A stretch of 64,000 bases of DNA from Myxococcota bacterium (GTDB lineage Bacteria; Myxococcota_A; UBA796; CAJQPC01), in assembly GCA_036012755.1 (NCBI GenBank), contig DASCPX010000246.1, positions 1-64,000 of the forward strand, written 5' to 3'. The position numbers and the translations under genes are program-made. Numbering within the stretch: position 1 is the first letter of the stretch; the number at the start of each line of letters is the position of its first letter. Below the pieces are notes generated by a model that made no database searches, was not told the origin of the DNA, and saw only the letters and a list, made by a program, of their open reading frames with translations. Shown here in pieces: positions 48,640 to 58,099 of this stretch.

Positions 48640-51126
48640 TCAGTTCGCAGTGAGGTCCCCGCCGAAGGTCACGTAGCCGTCCTCCGCGCCGTCCAGATCG
48701 ATGTTCACGTTGTCCAGGGTGAAACCTTCCAGATCCGGGATCGGGAACTCGCCGAGGGCGCCCGTCAGGGTCGGCAGCAGCAGGTCGACCAGCTCGCCGA
48801 GGAAGCTCTCGACCCCATCGGCGTGGATGCTGCGCTCGTTCGGGTAGACCAGGTCGAAGAGGATCTCCGTGTCGCCGAGGCCCGCCGACAGGGTGCTGTC
48901 CGCTGTCGCCTCCAGCTCGAGGCCGACGGTGACGGTCACGTAGAAGCGCATCCAGAGGTTCGCCTCGTCGATGTCCCCGTCGTAGAGGCTGACCTCGAGG
49001 TCCCCCAGCTGGAGGTCCAGCAGCTCGGACCCGGTACCGGGGATGACCACCGGCGGCAGGTAGGCCACCGTGCCGATGCCCAGGGAGGAGAACGGCAGGA
49101 ACTCGCCGAACTCGCCGACGTCCAGGCCCAGCTCCTCGGCGGGCATCTGCATGTCGAGCAGGCCGCCGACCCAAAGGGCGTGGAAGGCCTGGTTCAGGAA
49201 GTCCTCTGAGATGCCCAGGATCATCGCGTTGGTCGCGCCGGAGTAGGTCGGCGCCGTGTAGGGGTACACGAGGCTGCCCGGCGTGTCGGTAAACGGCGAC
49301 ATCCAGGCCTGGGCCGTGAACCAGGTCTCGAGCCCGAGCGTGAGGCCGTAGTCGTCAACGCTGACGCTGTAGGGGATGGCGTCGAAGTCGTAGGTGTTGT
49401 CCTCGATCTCGAAGGTCTCGCCGATCTCCAGGCCCTGGACCGCGTCCGCGAAGAGCGAGGGGATCTCGTCCTCTGCCATGTCCTCCATCAGCCCGCCGAG
49501 CACGCTCCAGACCAGCGCGTCGACCGGGATTCCGAAGAAGTCGATGACATCCCAGAGCCAGCCTTCGAGATCGAAGTCGAAGCCGTCCTCGTCAGTGGAG
49601 ACGTTCGCGACCGTGACTCCGAGCTGTCCGCTGGAGACATAGGGCGTCATCTCCATCGAGATGCTGATCCAGTCCGCGTCGATGGAGCCCGACTGGCTGT
49701 AGCTGATGCCGATGACCTTGCCCGAGGCGTTGAAGTCGAGGTGCGGGTCGTAGATGATGGCTTCGGTGTCGAGGTAGCCACCGCTGGTCGGATCGATGTC
49801 CAGCGAGGTCGACCCGATGGAGGGGTTCGTGACCCGGAAGGTCACCGAGTACCACTCCCAGCACCAGGAGACGATGCAGCTCTCGGCGCTGTCCTCGAAG
49901 ACCGGATCCGGGATCGCCGAGGCCAGGGCGTCGGTGTCGATGAAGTCTCCGGCGAGCTCCTCCAGCGTGTCGAAGCCGTCCTCTGTGATGCGGGCCTGGA
50001 AGCCGTCCCCGATGCCGTAGCCGTAGCTGTTGAACTCGCCGGCGATCACGGCGCGGGTGTCGGTGGTGCGGTTGCCGTCACCGTCGATGGCGACGGTCTC
50101 CAGCGTGGTCATGCCGAAGTCGTAGGCCTGCAGCGACTCCCAGGTGCCGTCGGAGTTCAGGGTCGCCGTGTCGCCGTTGACCGTGATCGAAGAGACCCCG
50201 GACCACTCCTCGAAGACCGTGCCGCCGACGTACTGGCCGTCGTCGGTGGTCTGGGTGCCGCGCTCGGGGACGAAGACCTCCAGCTCGGGGCCGGTGGAGT
50301 CGATGAGGAAGGGCCCGACGCTGTCTGACAGGGCCTCGTCCGTGGTCGCGGCGTAGACCGTGTACCAGCCCTCGGCGTCGAAGGTGATGGCGTTGTAGGA
50401 CACGGTGACGTCGGTCATCGGGTCGGTCCAGAGGTCCCAGGGCTCGTCGCCCGCGGGGTTGCCGTACGCATCGACGATGGTGACGGTGGCCAGCGTCGTC
50501 TCGGAGACCTCCAGGTCCGTCCGGGAGAGCTCGAGGTCCAGTCCGGCGGCCGGTCCGGGCACGACCACGAACTCCTCGATGTCCGAGACCACGTCGTTGG
50601 ACGCGGTCGCTTCGTAGAGGCCGGAGACGGTGCTGTAGAAGGTGTTGCCCTCGATCGCGACGTCGGAGGAGTCCAGCGTGACCTCGATGCCGGTGGTCGG
50701 GGTCTCGTTGCCGAAGGCGTCCCAGGCGACCACGCCGAAGGTGATGGGCACCCCGGCGTCGGTCTGCAGGTCGGAGAGCTGGAGGTCTACCAGCGCCGGC
50801 GCCCCGGGAGACACGGCCATGTCCACCGTCACCACGTAGAGCTCGCCCTCGAACATCGTCGAGGCGGTCAGCTCGTGCGGACCGGCGACCGTCGGGACCA
50901 GCGTGCCGTCGCCCCAGTCCAGCATCTCCTCGAGCGAGGAGCTCATCATCAGCTCGTCGTCGAGCGCTATGGGCTCCGAAGCACCGTCCATGTATGCGAG
51001 GTAGGCGACCTCGTCCCCAGCGGTCGGCGTCGGGTCGTCCAGCGTGACGACCAGATCGAGCACGTTGCGGAAGGTGCTGTACTCGTTCCGGCAGCCAGAC
51101 AGGGCGATGAGCACGAACAAGGGCAT
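48640..51126 (-). CDS. Large lipoprotein with Ig-like repeats and a C-terminal BPI/LBP (TULIP)-like region
   Basis: LSGC lipobox; DAFGN/DAYGN/DGDGN Ig repeats; GFQARITEDGFD and MILGISEDFLNQAF..LW.GGLL motifs. Alternative start at 51147. Confidence 0.75.
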   Translation of the reverse strand: MPLFVLIALSGCRNEYSTFRNVLDLVVTLDDPTPTAGDEVAYLAYMDGASEPIALDDELMMSSSLEEMLDWGDGTLVPTVAGPHELTASTMFEGELYVVTVDMAVSPGAPALVDLQLSDLQTDAGVPITFGVVAWDAFGNETPTTGIEVTLDSSDVAIEGNTFYSTVSGLYEATASNDVVSDIEEFVVVPGPAAGLDLELSRTDLEVSETTLATVTIVDAYGNPAGDEPWDLWTDPMTDVTVSYNAITFDAEGWYTVYAATTDEALSDSVGPFLIDSTGPELEVFVPERGTQTTDDGQYVGGTVFEEWSGVSSITVNGDTATLNSDGTWESLQAYDFGMTTLETVAIDGDGNRTTDTRAVIAGEFNSYGYGIGDGFQARITEDGFDTLEELAGDFIDTDALASAIPDPVFEDSAESCIVSWCWEWYSVTFRVTNPSIGSTSLDIDPTSGGYLDTEAIIYDPHLDFNASGKVIGISYSQSGSIDADWISISMEMTPYVSSGQLGVTVANVSTDEDGFDFDLEGWLWDVIDFFGIPVDALVWSVLGGLMEDMAEDEIPSLFADAVQGLEIGETFEIEDNTYDFDAIPYSVSVDDYGLTLGLETWFTAQAWMSPFTDTPGSLVYPYTAPTYSGATNAMILGISEDFLNQAFHALWVGGLLDMQMPAEELGLDVGEFGEFLPFSSLGIGTVAYLPPVVIPGTGSELLDLQLGDLEVSLYDGDIDEANLWMRFYVTVTVGLELEATADSTLSAGLGDTEILFDLVYPNERSIHADGVESFLGELVDLLLPTLTGALGEFPIPDLEGFTLDNVNIDLDGAEDGYVTFGGDLTAN

Positions 51127-51264
51127 GGGGATCTCCGGCGCGCGCATTTTAGTTGCTCGCACCGCGCTTGGCCCATGGTTTCGACATCCGCGACTCCAGC
51201 ATGCCCTGACCACGGTGGACACAAGACTGGCGACTCAGGCACCATCTGCACGGATTCGTCACAG

Positions 51265-51637
51265 ATGCAGGACCTCGCCGAGTTCGTAGCCATGGTCGAA
51301 GCCGGCAGCGTGTCCGAGGCCGCGCGCCGACTCGACGTGCCCCGGGCGTCCCTGTCCCGGCGGATGTCACGGATGGAGGCACGGCTCGGCGTCGTGCTGG
51401 CTCACCGCAGCACACGGCGTCTGACGCTGACCGACGCCGGCCGTGAGCTCTACGAACGCGGACGTCTCATCGCCGCTGGTCGAACGAGACCTGTCATCCG
51501 GTGCGTTGCTCCAGGTCCTCCGAGGTCAGGCAGGCGCGATCACGGCGCTCTCGGTCGTCTACGCCGAGCGGCTCTACCGACAGCCGAAGGTCCGGGCCTT
51601 CGTCGACCACATGGTCGCGCGCTGCCCGGAGACCTGA
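51265..51637 (+). pseudogene. LysR-family regulator with a large internal deletion and frameshift
   Basis: HTH (FVAMVEAGSVSEAARRL..LSRR..LGVVL.HRSTRRLTLTDAG) joins out of frame at about 51470 to a LysR C-terminus (DLSSGALLQVL..VVY..PKVRAFVDHM). Confidence 0.88.
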
Positions 51638-51674
51638 GTCGTGCCTGCCGAATCCCCGAGCGATAGTTGAGCTC

Positions 51675-52157
51675 ATGATCTGGCTGTTCGCCTGCGCGAT
51701 CCCCGAGTACCCGACAGACGTCGAGCTCAATCCGACCTCCGTCGAGTTCCCCTGGGTCTCCTACGAAGAGGAGCCCCCCGAGTCCGTCGAGGTGGGTGTT
51801 CGCAACCACGGCGAGGGCCCCGCATACTTCACGCTCGTCGGGCTCGAGGGCGAGGGACTCGGCAACCTCATGGTCGTCGGCGAGTGGTCCGACGCCATCG
51901 TGCCACCAGGACAGGGCAAGTCCTTCAGGGTCGCGATCTCCCGGGTCTACGAGGACTGGGACCACGGCGAGTACGACGTCGACGTGGTGGTCGAGGCGAT
52001 CGCGGCCTACGGCGGAGGCTGGGGAACGCCCTATGACCAGTCCGACACGGTCGACACCTACACCCTGCCGGTCATCGTGAGGATCGACTGCGATCTGGAC
52101 GCCGACGGCGAGGAGTCCACGGTCTGCGGGGGCACGGACTGGGACGACAAGCTCTAG
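51675..52157 (+). CDS. Hypothetical lipoprotein (Ig-like domain)
   Basis: MIWLFAC; PTSVEF..VRNHGEGP; terminal DCDLDADG..CGG.D motif. Confidence 0.65.
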   Translation: MIWLFACAIPEYPTDVELNPTSVEFPWVSYEEEPPESVEVGVRNHGEGPAYFTLVGLEGEGLGNLMVVGEWSDAIVPPGQGKSFRVAISRVYEDWDHGEYDVDVVVEAIAAYGGGWGTPYDQSDTVDTYTLPVIVRIDCDLDADGEESTVCGGTDWDDKL

Positions 52158-53050
52158 CCCAGGAACGCGAACACATCCGCCCAGCAGCGCAGGGCCGCCT
52201 TGCGCCAGAGGTAGGCGTGGAAGGCGTGCGGCATGCCGCCGTACTCCTGGCCTTCGACGGGGGCGCCTAGACGTCCCAGCGTCCTGGCGAGGCGGGCGCT
52301 GTCTTCTCCGATGGGGTCCGAGCCGCCCCAGGGCACGAAGGTGCGCGGCCAGTCCACCAGCTCCTCGGCCCGCTCCAGCTCCACGAGGGGATCCGCGAGG
52401 CCCAGACCGGGGGTCGGGTTGTAGCTCTCGCAGGTGAAGTCGATGATGTCCTGCATGTAGAAGGGCACGCTGCCTCGGAAGCGCGCCGGGTCGCTGGTCT
52501 GGAGCAGCCCGCAGAACGGGACCACCGCCGTCGGCCGCACGACTCCCAGCTGCGCCCAGGGCTCGGGGCGCTCGGTGCACGCCGCCAGGGCAGTGACCAG
52601 GCAGAGGTTTCCACCCGCGGACTCACCGCTGAGCACGAAGGTGGAGCGGTCCCCTTCGTGTCGGTGGGCGTTGTCCCAGACCCAGCGCGTGGCCAGGCAG
52701 GCATCGGTCGGGGCCGCCGGGTAGGGGTGCTTCGGCAGCAGGCGGTAGTCGGGGAGGAAGCAGGCGAAGCCCCTCCGAGCGAAGGCCAGGCCCATGAGCC
52801 AGTGGGTCTTCCGAGAGAGCGCCTGGAAGCCCCCGCCGTGGAAGTAGAGGACCACCGGATGCGGACCCGGCGTGGGCGGCAGGTAGACGTCGAGGTGGTG
52901 CTCCGGCAGCGGCCCGTAGGTGATGTCCTCGATCCGCCGCAGGCCGTGGTAGCCGGGTTTCGCCCACGGAGTGAGACCTCCCCCCTGGGCCAGCACCTGG
53001 AAGCCCTCGTTCGCGATCAGGCTGAACAGGCGTCGCCGGCGAAGTCGCAT
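52154..53050 (-). CDS. Alpha/beta hydrolase, hormone-sensitive-lipase-like esterase
   Basis: HGGGF, DYRL.P, GESAGG, DP, PHAF. Confidence 0.92.
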   Translation of the reverse strand: MRLRRRRLFSLIANEGFQVLAQGGGLTPWAKPGYHGLRRIEDITYGPLPEHHLDVYLPPTPGPHPVVLYFHGGGFQALSRKTHWLMGLAFARRGFACFLPDYRLLPKHPYPAAPTDACLATRWVWDNAHRHEGDRSTFVLSGESAGGNLCLVTALAACTERPEPWAQLGVVRPTAVVPFCGLLQTSDPARFRGSVPFYMQDIIDFTCESYNPTPGLGLADPLVELERAEELVDWPRTFVPWGGSDPIGEDSARLARTLGRLGAPVEGQEYGGMPHAFHAYLWRKAALRCWADVFAFLG

Positions 53051-53131
53051 GCCCCCTGCGTACCATGCCTCCTCGCACCTGGCGGTCCACCGGGTAGGAT
53101 CGATGAAGGTCAGGGCGGCGAGGAGCACGAC

Positions 53132-53491
53132 ATGTCTTTCCTACTAGCCGCATGCACCGGGACCCCCAGCATCGAGACCGTCACCATCGAGGACGAAGGT
53201 GTCGTCTGCTGGACCACGGATGGGGACCTCATCATCGACTTCCAGGAGTGCCTGAGCTCCAGCTGCGACACCCTCCTGTCCTCGAGCTGCAGCGCCAGCC
53301 TCGACGAGGACGTGCTGATGGTCACTGGAGCGGCGGAGATCGAGAGCTACGTGGACACCGTCTGCACAGACGACTGCGGCTTCGTCGGCGCCACCTGCGA
53401 GCTGCCGCTCATCGAAGATCCGGCCACGGTGACCGTGAGCTACGGAGGCGTCGATACTCCGATGGAGGAGGTCCCGGACTGCGGCTGGTAG
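53132..53491 (+). CDS. Small Cys-rich lipoprotein
   Basis: AGGAG ribosome-binding site; MSFLLAAC; CLSSSC and CTDDC. Confidence 0.7.
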   Translation: MSFLLAACTGTPSIETVTIEDEGVVCWTTDGDLIIDFQECLSSSCDTLLSSSCSASLDEDVLMVTGAAEIESYVDTVCTDDCGFVGATCELPLIEDPATVTVSYGGVDTPMEEVPDCGW

Positions 53492-53513
53492 TTCACGCGG
53501 CGTCCCTGGGAGC

Positions 53514-55178
53514 TCAGGGAACCACCACGTCTCCGTAGGCGAAGTCCAGGTTCACGGTGCGGGCCTTGCGGGAGGGCCACTGGCGACGGAGGCCCCTGCC
53601 CGCTGCGGCGTGCACCGGGGGATCACCGGGGCCAGAGAGCGCCGCCCGGTAGTCCTCGACTGCGCCAAGGCGGTCACGCCCGAGGTCGCGGGCCCGCCCC
53701 CTCCAGAGGTGGAAGGTGGCCAGCCGCTCTGCGTCAGGGTGACCCAGCTCCAGGGCCCGGGAGAAGGCCTGGGCGGCGCTGGAGCCCTGCCCGGCGCGGA
53801 GGTGGAGCAGCCCGCGCAGGTGGTGGTAGAGGGGCTGCCGGGGCTGAGCCCCACAGGCGCGCTCCATGTGCGCGAGAGCAGCCGAGACGTCCTCGTCGTC
53901 GATGCAGGCGAGGTAGGCACGCCGGTAGGCCTCGAAGGCCTTGGCCTCTTCCGGATCCGTGTCCACGGCCAGCTCGCCATGCTCCGGCGCCGGTCCACCT
54001 CGGGCCAGGCTGAAGGGAAGGAAGGGCCGGCGGCTCGTCGGTGACTCCCCCGCGGCCATCCAGAAGACACCGTCAGCGGGCCGGAAGACCACCGAGCCGA
54101 CGGTCATCAGCATGGCGATGGCGCTGTGCAACCGACAGGGGGTGGTCCCGATGTCCGCGAGCATGGCCGCCATCGCGGCTGGGTCCAGGCTGCCATCTCC
54201 GAGCTGCAGGAGCTCGTTGACGCGCTCGTAGCGGGCGCGGTTGTGGCGCCAGTAGGAACCGTAGAGGTTGCGCTCGGTGGCGCCGAGCTCCGGATCCAGG
54301 AAGATGTTGGCGTAACCGAGCGTTCTGTCTCCAGGCTGCGTGCGCAGCGCCACGCAGCGGCGCGGGTTCTGCTCCAGGCAGAGCACCTCGCCTCGCCGAC
54401 CGTCGCTGATCACGTAGGTCCAGCTGCCGATGGGGCGGTCCTCGCGCAGCATGGCCTCGGCCTCGTCCAGGGTCTCGGCCTCGCGCATGACCCGATCTCC
54501 GGCGACCCCGATGGGCAGGCCTCCCAGGCGCGCCTGGTCGGTGAACATGTGCTGGTGGACGGCCAGGGTCAGGCCCGCCTCGTTCATGGCGGTGGCCCCT
54601 CCCATGGGCACGCCGGCAGCGGCAATCGAGACGTAGCGCTGGCCGCGCTCGGGCTCCTGGAAGAGCACCGTCGCGGTCTTGGGCCAGTGGCCGACGCCGT
54701 GGTAGTCGAAGTTCCGAGCGTGGAGAAGCAGCCCGTCGCTGGTCGCCGGTCCCCAGGCGATGGCGCTGGTGCAGCCCATGCCCAGGGCGACCCGATGCTC
54801 TACGGCTGGACCGATGCGCTTGGCGCGGATCAGGCCGCTGACGACCACCAACAGCGCATCGGGCATCGTGGCGGCCTCCAGGACCACCTCCGGAGGCATT
54901 CCCGCGCCCTCGGCCAGCCCGCGCATGGTCTCCAGGGCGAACTCGGGCATGCGCATCGCCACCTTTCGCCCGATCAGGTGCTTGACGAGCGGCCACGCGA
55001 GAGGCGACAGCGGCCCCAGCAACGAGCGCCCGACCAACCGCTCGACATAGCTGCGGAAGTAGGGCACCGGACCTTCGTGGACCTGCTCGCGCAGGAGCTG
55101 GCCGTGCTGGTGGCCCATCTCGTAGAAGCTGCCACGGACTGTGAGGACGTTCAGTGCGCCGACGCGCTCGAGGCTCAT
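53514..55178 (-). CDS. C45-family Ntn-hydrolase (autoproteolytic acyltransferase/amidase) with C-terminal TPR
   Basis: YEMGHQHG, G|CTS nucleophile, HARNFDY, MNEAGL. ATG overlaps the GntR stop. Confidence 0.88.
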   Translation of the reverse strand: MSLERVGALNVLTVRGSFYEMGHQHGQLLREQVHEGPVPYFRSYVERLVGRSLLGPLSPLAWPLVKHLIGRKVAMRMPEFALETMRGLAEGAGMPPEVVLEAATMPDALLVVVSGLIRAKRIGPAVEHRVALGMGCTSAIAWGPATSDGLLLHARNFDYHGVGHWPKTATVLFQEPERGQRYVSIAAAGVPMGGATAMNEAGLTLAVHQHMFTDQARLGGLPIGVAGDRVMREAETLDEAEAMLREDRPIGSWTYVISDGRRGEVLCLEQNPRRCVALRTQPGDRTLGYANIFLDPELGATERNLYGSYWRHNRARYERVNELLQLGDGSLDPAAMAAMLADIGTTPCRLHSAIAMLMTVGSVVFRPADGVFWMAAGESPTSRRPFLPFSLARGGPAPEHGELAVDTDPEEAKAFEAYRRAYLACIDDEDVSAALAHMERACGAQPRQPLYHHLRGLLHLRAGQGSSAAQAFSRALELGHPDAERLATFHLWRGRARDLGRDRLGAVEDYRAALSGPGDPPVHAAAGRGLRRQWPSRKARTVNLDFAYGDVVVP

Positions 55179-55882
55179 GACTCGGACTCCGTCTCGCCCA
55201 AGGCGGCGAGCAGGGTGGGGGTGGCCCACGCATGCCACGTGAGCACCAGGGCTTCGGCTTCCTCGGCGCGGCGCTCGCGCACGAGCTCGACCAGCAAGCG
55301 CAGACCCTGGAGGTGTTCCGGCACCGGCAGGCGGAAGGGGGAGATCACCCCCCCGACGTCCCGGATGATGCGGGCGTGCCAGTGCACCAGCATAGGGAAG
55401 AGCCGGTTGCGGGTTGCCTGGGCGAGCGCCAGCGCCAGCCGATCCTGAGCGGCGCCATAGGCCACGTGATCGCCCAGCGCGGCCTCGAGCTCCGCCAGCG
55501 CCGCATCCATCGCCGCGAGGTCCGCCTCAGCTCGGCGTGCAGCAGCCAACCCGGCCATCCAGGCATCCAGCCTGGTCCGCAGCTCGAGGAGGTCCTTCAA
55601 GACGTCGATGTCGACGCGACCAGCCTCTGGCACGAGCAGGACACGGATGACCTCTGCGCTCAGCGAAGTGCTGGGGTCGAGCACGATCGTGCCCCGCCGC
55701 TTGATCGGCCGCACGAGGCGGTGGACCTCCAGTCGCTTCAGCGCCTCTCGCACGACCGAGCGGTTCACCCGGAAGACCTCGGCCAGGTCCGCCTCGCGTG
55801 GCAGGACGGCGCCGGGCGAGAGCTCTCCGCTGACGATGCGGCGAAGGAGGTGCTCTGCAACCCTGTCGGTCTTTCGGCTCAC
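55175..55882 (-). CDS. GntR/FadR-family transcriptional regulator
   Basis: I.SGEL.PG..LPREADLAEVFRVNRSVVREAL; FCD-like ELRTRLD...ATRNRL. Confidence 0.92.
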   Translation of the reverse strand: MSRKTDRVAEHLLRRIVSGELSPGAVLPREADLAEVFRVNRSVVREALKRLEVHRLVRPIKRRGTIVLDPSTSLSAEVIRVLLVPEAGRVDIDVLKDLLELRTRLDAWMAGLAAARRAEADLAAMDAALAELEAALGDHVAYGAAQDRLALALAQATRNRLFPMLVHWHARIIRDVGGVISPFRLPVPEHLQGLRLLVELVRERRAEEAEALVLTWHAWATPTLLAALGETESES

Positions 55883-55893
55883 GGCTCTTGCGT

Positions 55894-55910
55894 AATAAGT
55901 CCGACTTATT
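55894..55910. promoter_or_regulatory. 17-bp palindrome AATAAGTC-C-GACTTATT, probable FadR-type operator
   Basis: Perfect 8-bp inverted repeat with a 1-nt spacer, 11 nt upstream of the GntR start. Confidence 0.75.
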
Positions 55911-55923
55911 CGCGCACCCTGGA

Positions 55924-57111
55924 TCAGTAGCGAAGCACCAGCTTTCTCAGGTCCGCCAGCGCGACCTCGCTCACCGTCGCAGACCCGGCCAGCACCGCCA
56001 ACAGCGTGGAGAAGACCTCCGGGTTGCGAGCCAGGTTCTCGACCACGTAGCCGCGGAGCATCGGCTGGTGGACCCACCACAGGATGAGCTCGGTCAGGCG
56101 CAGCGGGTCCTTCAGCGCCACGGCCAGGCCCTCGGCATAGGGCCGGAGCAGGGCTTCGGTGGCCCCGTCAGGCAGCGCCTCCGCGAGCACGCGCGCCGCC
56201 AACCCTGCGTGTGCCAGGGCCACGCTCAGGCCCTCTCCGGTGATCGGATCGAGGAAGCCGGCGGCGTCGCCTACCAGCAGGGTCCGATCACTGACGATGT
56301 CCTTCACGGTCTGGCGCAAAGGCCCGGTCAACATCGCCTCGGAGATCACCTCGCTGCCCTCGAGCCAGGTCTCGAGCGAAGCGCAGTCTCCAGCCAGCCG
56401 AAGGAGTCCCCCTTCCAGGTCCCCACCCAGGGTGGCGCTGACCTCCTTCTCACAGAGGAAGGCCAGGTTGACGAGGCCCTCGCCCACCGGCGTGAGGTAG
56501 ACCTCGGAGCCCTCGCCCAGGTGGACCTCGACGAGCTCTGGTCCGGCCCGTCCGGCGGCCAGCTGCAGGTGTAGGCGGGCTCCGTAGCGGGGCCTGCCAG
56601 CCGGGCTCATGCGCAACCCCAGCTTGCGGCGGATCATCGAGTTGAGACCGTCGGCCCCGACGAGCGCCCGAGCCTCCAGGGTCCCCATGGCCGACTCCAC
56701 GCGCACGCCATCTTCCTCCACATGGAACCCGGTCACCTCCACCTCGGTGTGGAGGCGCACCTCTGCCCGGGAGGCGGCCGCCTCCTGGAAGATGGGGTCC
56801 ATGTGGAGCCGCCGCAGGGCCAGGCCGTGGTCGAAGCCCTGGACCTCGGGGAAGCGCCCCTCGGCCCGGCGGGCCCCGTCGTGGTAGGCGATGCCAAAGA
56901 AGGGCTGAGCTCCGGCCTGGACCAGGCGCTCCCGCAGACCGAGGGCCTCCAGCGCGGCCACGCCGTGGGGCATGAGGCCCTCGCCACAGACCTTGTCGCG
57001 AGGGAAGGCTGCCCGGTCCAGCACCAGCACCTCCAGACCACGGTCAGCCAGGCCCATTGCGGTGGCGCAGCCGGAGGGTCCGGCTCCTACGATGATGATG
57101 TCGGCGTCCAC
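55924..57111 (-). CDS. NAD(P)/FAD-dependent oxidoreductase (geranylgeranyl reductase-like)
   Basis: IVGAGPSG, FPRDKVCGEG, GADG, LVGDAAGFLDPITGEG. Confidence 0.9.
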   Translation of the reverse strand: MDADIIIVGAGPSGCATAMGLADRGLEVLVLDRAAFPRDKVCGEGLMPHGVAALEALGLRERLVQAGAQPFFGIAYHDGARRAEGRFPEVQGFDHGLALRRLHMDPIFQEAAASRAEVRLHTEVEVTGFHVEEDGVRVESAMGTLEARALVGADGLNSMIRRKLGLRMSPAGRPRYGARLHLQLAAGRAGPELVEVHLGEGSEVYLTPVGEGLVNLAFLCEKEVSATLGGDLEGGLLRLAGDCASLETWLEGSEVISEAMLTGPLRQTVKDIVSDRTLLVGDAAGFLDPITGEGLSVALAHAGLAARVLAEALPDGATEALLRPYAEGLAVALKDPLRLTELILWWVHQPMLRGYVVENLARNPEVFSTLLAVLAGSATVSEVALADLRKLVLRY

Positions 57112-57157
57112 GGTCTCCCTCGCTGCTGCTCGGCCTACATCCAGCATAGGATTCGGC

Positions 57158-58099
57158 ATGCGCGACCTCACCCGCCCGCTCTTCCACTGGTACGTCGACT
57201 GCACCTCTGGCAAGGAGCTCGTCTTCGCGCTCTACACCCGCCCCTGCCGCTACGCGCGCTGCGCCTTCTGCTCCCTGCCCAGCCTGGCCGAAGGCGGCGA
57301 GCGGGTGCGCCCCCAGGACATCGAGGCCCAGGTGGACTGGATCCTCTCCCACTACGAGCCCACCCAGTTGGAGCAGGTGACCAAGGTCTCGATCTACACG
57401 GCCTCGTCCGGCCTGGACCAGAAGTGCTTGCCGACCCGCAGCCTGATGTACCTGCTGCTGAAGGTCTGCGACCTCCCCGAGCTGGAGCTGGTCTCACTCG
57501 AGACGCGCCCCGAGTACGTCGAGGACTGGGAGCTGCGGGTCCTGACCGAGGTGTTGGGAGAGGGTGTCCAGGTCGAGGTGGCCATCGGCTACGAGACCCA
57601 CGACCCGGACCTTCGCAACCGCGTCCTGGGAAAAGGCCTGATCGAGCCGGAGCTGCGCAAGCTGATGCGCACGATCGCTGATCACGGCGGCGCGTTGAAG
57701 GCCTACCTGATGCTCAAGCCTCACCACAGCCTCAGCGAAGAAGGGGGGGTGCAAGAGGCCATCAACGGGCTCGAGCATCTGCGCAGCCTCGGCGAGGAGC
57801 ATGGCGTGCCAGTGTCGATACACCTGAACCCCACCTACATCGCGGAGGGCTGCGCCCTGACCGAGGAGCTGGTCGCGGCGGGTTACCAACCCCCGGAGCT
57901 GAGCTCGGTGATCCGCGTGGCGGAGGGGGCGCTGAGCAGGGGACTGCCTCTCTACGTGGGCCTGGACGACGAGGGCCTGGCCCTCCAGGGGGGCACCTTC
58001 CGCTCCACCGGGCTCGACGCGGAGCGCGCGGTGGCGGCGATCCTCTCCTTCAACCGCCACCAGGACATCGACCGCCTGAAGCTCGAGGCCGGAGCGTGA
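57158..58099 (+). CDS. Radical SAM protein similar to the archaeosine-synthesis RaSEA family
   Basis: LYTRPCRYARCAFC, ETRPEYV, EVAIGYET, KAYLMLKP, HLNPTYI..G. Confidence 0.8.
   Translation: MRDLTRPLFHWYVDCTSGKELVFALYTRPCRYARCAFCSLPSLAEGGERVRPQDIEAQVDWILSHYEPTQLEQVTKVSIYTASSGLDQKCLPTRSLMYLLLKVCDLPELELVSLETRPEYVEDWELRVLTEVLGEGVQVEVAIGYETHDPDLRNRVLGKGLIEPELRKLMRTIADHGGALKAYLMLKPHHSLSEEGGVQEAINGLEHLRSLGEEHGVPVSIHLNPTYIAEGCALTEELVAAGYQPPELSSVIRVAEGALSRGLPLYVGLDDEGLALQGGTFRSTGLDAERAVAAILSFNRHQDIDRLKLEAGA

Noticed and set aside
57158..58099. Complete archaeosine (7-deazaguanine) pathway
   Set aside because: No tgt, arcS, queC/D/E or dpd genes are in the window; only the RaSEA-like motif set is supported.
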